Of a stretch of 64,000 bases of DNA, positions 60,370 through 64,000 are shown in pieces. Origin of the DNA: Candidatus Bathyarchaeota archaeon (GTDB taxonomy: Archaea; Thermoproteota; Bathyarchaeia; Bathyarchaeales; Bathycorpusculaceae); assembly GCA_963767735.1 (NCBI GenBank), contig CAVYES010000006.1, forward strand, positions 320,001-384,000, given 5' to 3'. The notes below the pieces were generated by a model. That model ran no database searches. It saw nothing but the letters and a program-made list of their open reading frames with translations, and was not told where the DNA came from. The translations under genes and the position numbers were made by a program. Every line of letters starts with the position of its first letter. Position 1 is the first letter of the stretch.

Positions 60370-60635
60370 ATCTCTTTTTCTTAACTTAACTAAATAGTTC
60401 CTTCCTTAATGTTACTTTAGCTCTTCAGGAGCTACGTAATTATTACTTGTTTGAGCTTAAACGTTTATTTTGAAATATATTTGTGCGGAAATGTTTTTTC
60501 AAAGCCTATTTGGATCCTATAGATGCCCTATTTGGATCATCCAGAGAACCTGGCAGGTAGGCTGTGCGAGAGAAAGAAGAAACGAATATGGAAACTCACG
60601 TAAAATTTTTGTAAAAAACTCAAAAAACGAAAAAA

Positions 60636-61436
60636 TTAGTGAGAATATAGTTTCTCATAAGGTCTTTTTGATACGGGGAGTATTTTCTTGAATTTGCCGC
60701 TTAGGATTTCTTTGGGGTCTGCGCCGAAGTGACTGCAGTATTCGTTAACTAGCGCTTCAATTGTTTTTAGATCGCGTTTGCCTACGTTTATTGTTTTTGT
60801 GCCGTTGACTGGTTCTAGGATTTCGCCGCGTTCGTAGATTACGCCGCCATGCATTCCTGTGCCGACGAATCTGGCTTTGCATTTTTCGCCTTCCTTCAGG
60901 TTCAAGCCTAAGATTACCATTATTCCGCCCGCCATGTACTCAGCTAAGAAGTCGCCTGCTGTGTGTCCGATGACTATTTGGGGGATTTTGCGTTGGTACT
61001 CTTTCATGTGTATGCCGACTCTGTAGCCGACGTAGTCTCGGACGAAGATGTTTCCGCCCCGCATCGCGTTTCCTGTTACGTCTCCAGCGTGGCCATTTAT
61101 GATTATTTGACCCTCATTCATTGTGTTACCGCAGCCATCTTGTGCGTTGCCATGAATCACCAGTTTGGGTCCATTCATGAAAGCGCCAAGGTCGTTTCCC
61201 GGAGTTCCATAAACGTCGATTTGGATGTTTGTGTCCAAGTCGGTTCCTATGTATCGCTGCCCGCAAACATTATGAATTTCTATTCTTTCAACAGGAGTGC
61301 ATATTGCCTGTCGTAGGAGGCAGTTCAAGTCTCTATAGTATAGTCCTTCTGCGTTGATTTTCAGCACATTGCCTTCTTTTTGTAGGATTGGATTGTATTT
61401 TGTGTCGATTTCCAGTTTCGGTTTCTGTTCAAGCAT
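60636..61436 (-). CDS. gltB: Glutamate synthase GXGXG domain protein
   Basis: GQRYIG, GDFLAEYMAGG and GTGMHGG. Confidence 0.9.
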   Translation of the reverse strand: MLEQKPKLEIDTKYNPILQKEGNVLKINAEGLYYRDLNCLLRQAICTPVERIEIHNVCGQRYIGTDLDTNIQIDVYGTPGNDLGAFMNGPKLVIHGNAQDGCGNTMNEGQIIINGHAGDVTGNAMRGGNIFVRDYVGYRVGIHMKEYQRKIPQIVIGHTAGDFLAEYMAGGIMVILGLNLKEGEKCKARFVGTGMHGGVIYERGEILEPVNGTKTINVGKRDLKTIEALVNEYCSHFGADPKEILSGKFKKILPVSKRPYEKLYSH

Positions 61437-61439
61437 ATT

Positions 61440-62951
61440 TTACTCTCCTGCCAACTTTACGCCTAAGATTTTTGACTCCGCTCGCGTTAAGCCGACACCC
61501 CGTAGGGCTAATCGGTTGCCCCGTAGGCTTTCGATGGCGTTTATGCCCATGCCGCCCATAATGTCTTTAATTTCTAAGCTCCAGCTGTTTAGCATGTTTA
61601 CAAGGCGTTTCGAAGCAATGTCGGGGTTGATGCGTTTGCTAATCCATGGGTCACTTGTTGCAATACCCCACGGGCATTTGCCAGTGTAGCAGCGTTGACA
61701 AACAGTGCAGCCTATGGCTATCAAAGCGGCAGTTGCAATGTACACTGCGTCTGCGCCTAACGCTATAGCTTTAACCACATCAGCGCTGCTTCTTATGCCG
61801 CCTGCCGCTATGACGGAAGCATTATTTCTGATGCCCTCTTCTCTGAGCCGCTGGTCCACTTGTGCAATGGCTAATTCGATGGGTATGCCTACGTTGTCTC
61901 TGATGGTTTTGGGTGCCGCGCCAGTTGCGCCTCTGACGCCGTCAAGAGCAATTATGTCTGCTCCAGCTCGCACCATGCCGCTTGCGATTGCAGCCGCGTT
62001 GTGAACAGCCGCGATTTTCACGGAGATAGGTTTGGTGTAGTTTGTGGCTTCTTTAAGCGCGTAAATTAACTGTCGCAAGTCTTCGATTGAGTAGATGTCA
62101 TGTTGAGGGTACGGTGAAAGCGCGTCTGTGCCTGTCGGTATCATGCGTGTTTTAGCTACGTTTTCGGTTACTTTTTCGCCTGGTAAGTGTCCCCCTATGC
62201 CGGGTTTTGCGCCTTGACCGATTTTTATTTCTACGGCTGCGCCTACCTTAAGGTATTTGGGGTGAACACCGAACCGTCCAGACGCAACTTGAACTATGGC
62301 GTGGTCGCCGTACTTGTATAGGCTTTTGTCTAAGCCGCCTTCGCCAGTGTTGAAGTATGTTCCGCACTCGGCAGCTGCTCGCGCTAAGGATTCATGAACG
62401 TTTAAGCTTATAGCGCCATACGACATTGCTGAGAACATTACTGGTATGTCGAGGCAAAGCTGGGGGGTAAGCTGTGTCTTAAGCACGGTTTCGCCGTTTT
62501 CCATTTCCAACTCAAGCTTGTCTGGTTTCGCACCCAGATAAGTTCTAATCTCCATCGGTTCACGCAGAGGGTCGATTGATGGGTTGGTTACTTGACTGGC
62601 GTTTAAGAGTAGTTTGTCCCAGTAAGTGTAGTCTGGTTTGTCACAGCCCATGCCTGTTAAGATTACTCCCCCCGTTTCAGCCTGCTTTTTCAAGTCTCGA
62701 ATAGCCTCCATTGTCCAGTTAGCGTTGTCTCGGCTGGCGTTAGGGTTCTTTCTAATGGTTATGGCGTGAGTGGGGCAGAAGGTTACGCAGCGTTGGCAGT
62801 TTACACAGTTCTCATCCTTACTACAAATCTTGTCAGTTTCTTGGTCGTAGGAATGAGTTTCATATGTGCATTGATTAACGCATACTTTGCAGCGTATACA
62901 ACGGTTTTGGTCACGTTCAACTAAATACTCTGGAATAATGTAAGTTTTCAC
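61440..62951 (-). CDS. gltB: Archaeal glutamate synthase FMN-binding subunit with ferredoxin domain
   Basis: AMSYGAIS, NTGEGG, QVASGRFG, KIGQGAKPGIGGHLP and CxxCxxCxxxC. Confidence 0.95.
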   Translation of the reverse strand: MKTYIIPEYLVERDQNRCIRCKVCVNQCTYETHSYDQETDKICSKDENCVNCQRCVTFCPTHAITIRKNPNASRDNANWTMEAIRDLKKQAETGGVILTGMGCDKPDYTYWDKLLLNASQVTNPSIDPLREPMEIRTYLGAKPDKLELEMENGETVLKTQLTPQLCLDIPVMFSAMSYGAISLNVHESLARAAAECGTYFNTGEGGLDKSLYKYGDHAIVQVASGRFGVHPKYLKVGAAVEIKIGQGAKPGIGGHLPGEKVTENVAKTRMIPTGTDALSPYPQHDIYSIEDLRQLIYALKEATNYTKPISVKIAAVHNAAAIASGMVRAGADIIALDGVRGATGAAPKTIRDNVGIPIELAIAQVDQRLREEGIRNNASVIAAGGIRSSADVVKAIALGADAVYIATAALIAIGCTVCQRCYTGKCPWGIATSDPWISKRINPDIASKRLVNMLNSWSLEIKDIMGGMGINAIESLRGNRLALRGVGLTRAESKILGVKLAGE

Positions 62952-64000
62952 TGAGTTTTTCCTCCCGCTAAAACTTCAATGCGTGTTGGGTAGCTGTTTT
63001 TTAGTCTAGTGACAACCGGTTCTCCGCCTCTTGGGCACCAGAACTTATCAAGACTTGGCGAAACCAACCGCATGGCTGACTCCTCAGATGACAGGTACGC
63101 GTAGTCGCCGTTTGAACCCGCCACCATTGGCCGCAGCTTAATTCTGTCAGTTAACCCAATCATTTCACCGTGGTGCGCAACGATTATGCTAAATGGCCCA
63201 TTCATCAGTAGGCTACCGTAGGTTTGGCGCAGTGATCTTAGAAGCAGCGCTTTTTTGGGTTCCATGCTGTCTATTTCGCTCCATAACGGCGCCGCCAAGA
63301 TTTGCGCAACCAATTCAATCGGTAAGTTTTGTCTTCGAATCAGCAAGTCCACCGCGTATGCTAACACTTCAGTGTCTGTTTGCATGGTGCACTTGTAACC
63401 GTACATTTCCAGGTAGCGGCGGTTTATGCCGTAGGATGAGAGTTCACCGTTGTGAACTACTGTCCAGTCCAAAATGCTGAATGGGTGTGCTCCGCCCCAC
63501 CATCCAGGAGTGTTTGTGGGGAATCTGCTGTGGCATGTCCAAAGGTATCCTTGGTAGTCTTCTAAACAGAAGAAGTCTGCGACGTCTTCTGGGAAGCCTA
63601 CTCCTTTGAATACGCCCATGTCTTTGCCGCTTGAGAAGACAAATGCCTTTCCCGTTTCAGTGTTAATGTGCATGATGGAATCTATCACGTAATCTTCTTC
63701 AGTTTGGCCTTCAGGCCGATGTTTTTTTGGTTGAACAAAATATCGCCAAACTAACGGGGGGTCATGGACGTTGGCAGGTTTTGTCTGCATTTCTTCGTCG
63801 TAGATTATGTCAAATCTTAGACGCGAGTATGTGATCGGTTTTTTCTTTTGCGTCTTTGCTTAGATACATTACGTGGAAAGCGTAATAGTCTTTGAACTCT
63901 GGGTATATGCCGTAAACTGCGAAGCCGCCGCCTAAACCGTTGCCGCGGTCATGCATGTTCGTTATCGCACGTACAGGGTCTTTCGATGAGAAGCGTATGC
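62948..64000 (-). CDS. gltB: Glutamate synthase glutamine amidotransferase subunit, 5'-partial, apparent frameshift near 63820
   Basis: MHDRGNGLGGGF in the upstream frame; HSRFPTN, HPF, VHNGE and TDTEV downstream. Confidence 0.88.

Noticed and set aside
60636-64000. Three-gene glutamate synthase as a fragmented gene
   Set aside because: Separate gltB-domain genes are normal in archaea.

Overview
Archaeal DNA, most likely Bathyarchaeia; this is inferred from the archaeal proteasome, exosome, r-protein and RNAP genes, split glutamate synthase, and a tandem-AbrB family remnant. The window has three zones. (1) About 0.5-13.5 kb holds an aquaporin/DUF2252 cassette bounded by a 34-bp direct repeat, then an AT-rich, decaying defence-like island (GHKL ATPase, RHH/wHTH protein, VRR-NUC-like nuclease, broken SIR2, CBS-HEPN). 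Three iteron-plus-core non-coding repeats and a 1.09-kb IS punctuate it. (2) About 13.5-49.3 kb is a mosaic plasticity zone with nine toxin-antitoxin loci, bacterial-type ClpB, an MrfB/MrfA-like pair, a TFS paralogue and redox/stress genes. It also has duplicated segments, gene fragments, at least seven co-oriented tRNA-3'-like remnants, and a dispersed element with a conserved core next to copy-specific 10-bp-period arrays. Several mosaic junctions carry alternating CG tracts. (3) 49.3-64 kb is mostly core genome: psmA-SBDS-rrp4-rrp41-rrp42-rpl37ae-pcc1, a small candidate regulon, rps13-rps4-rps11-rpoD-rpl18e-rpl13-rps9-rpoN, and three gltB-domain genes. I found no intact tRNA, rRNA, CRISPR array or integrase. 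All calls come from motif recognition by eye; no searches were run.
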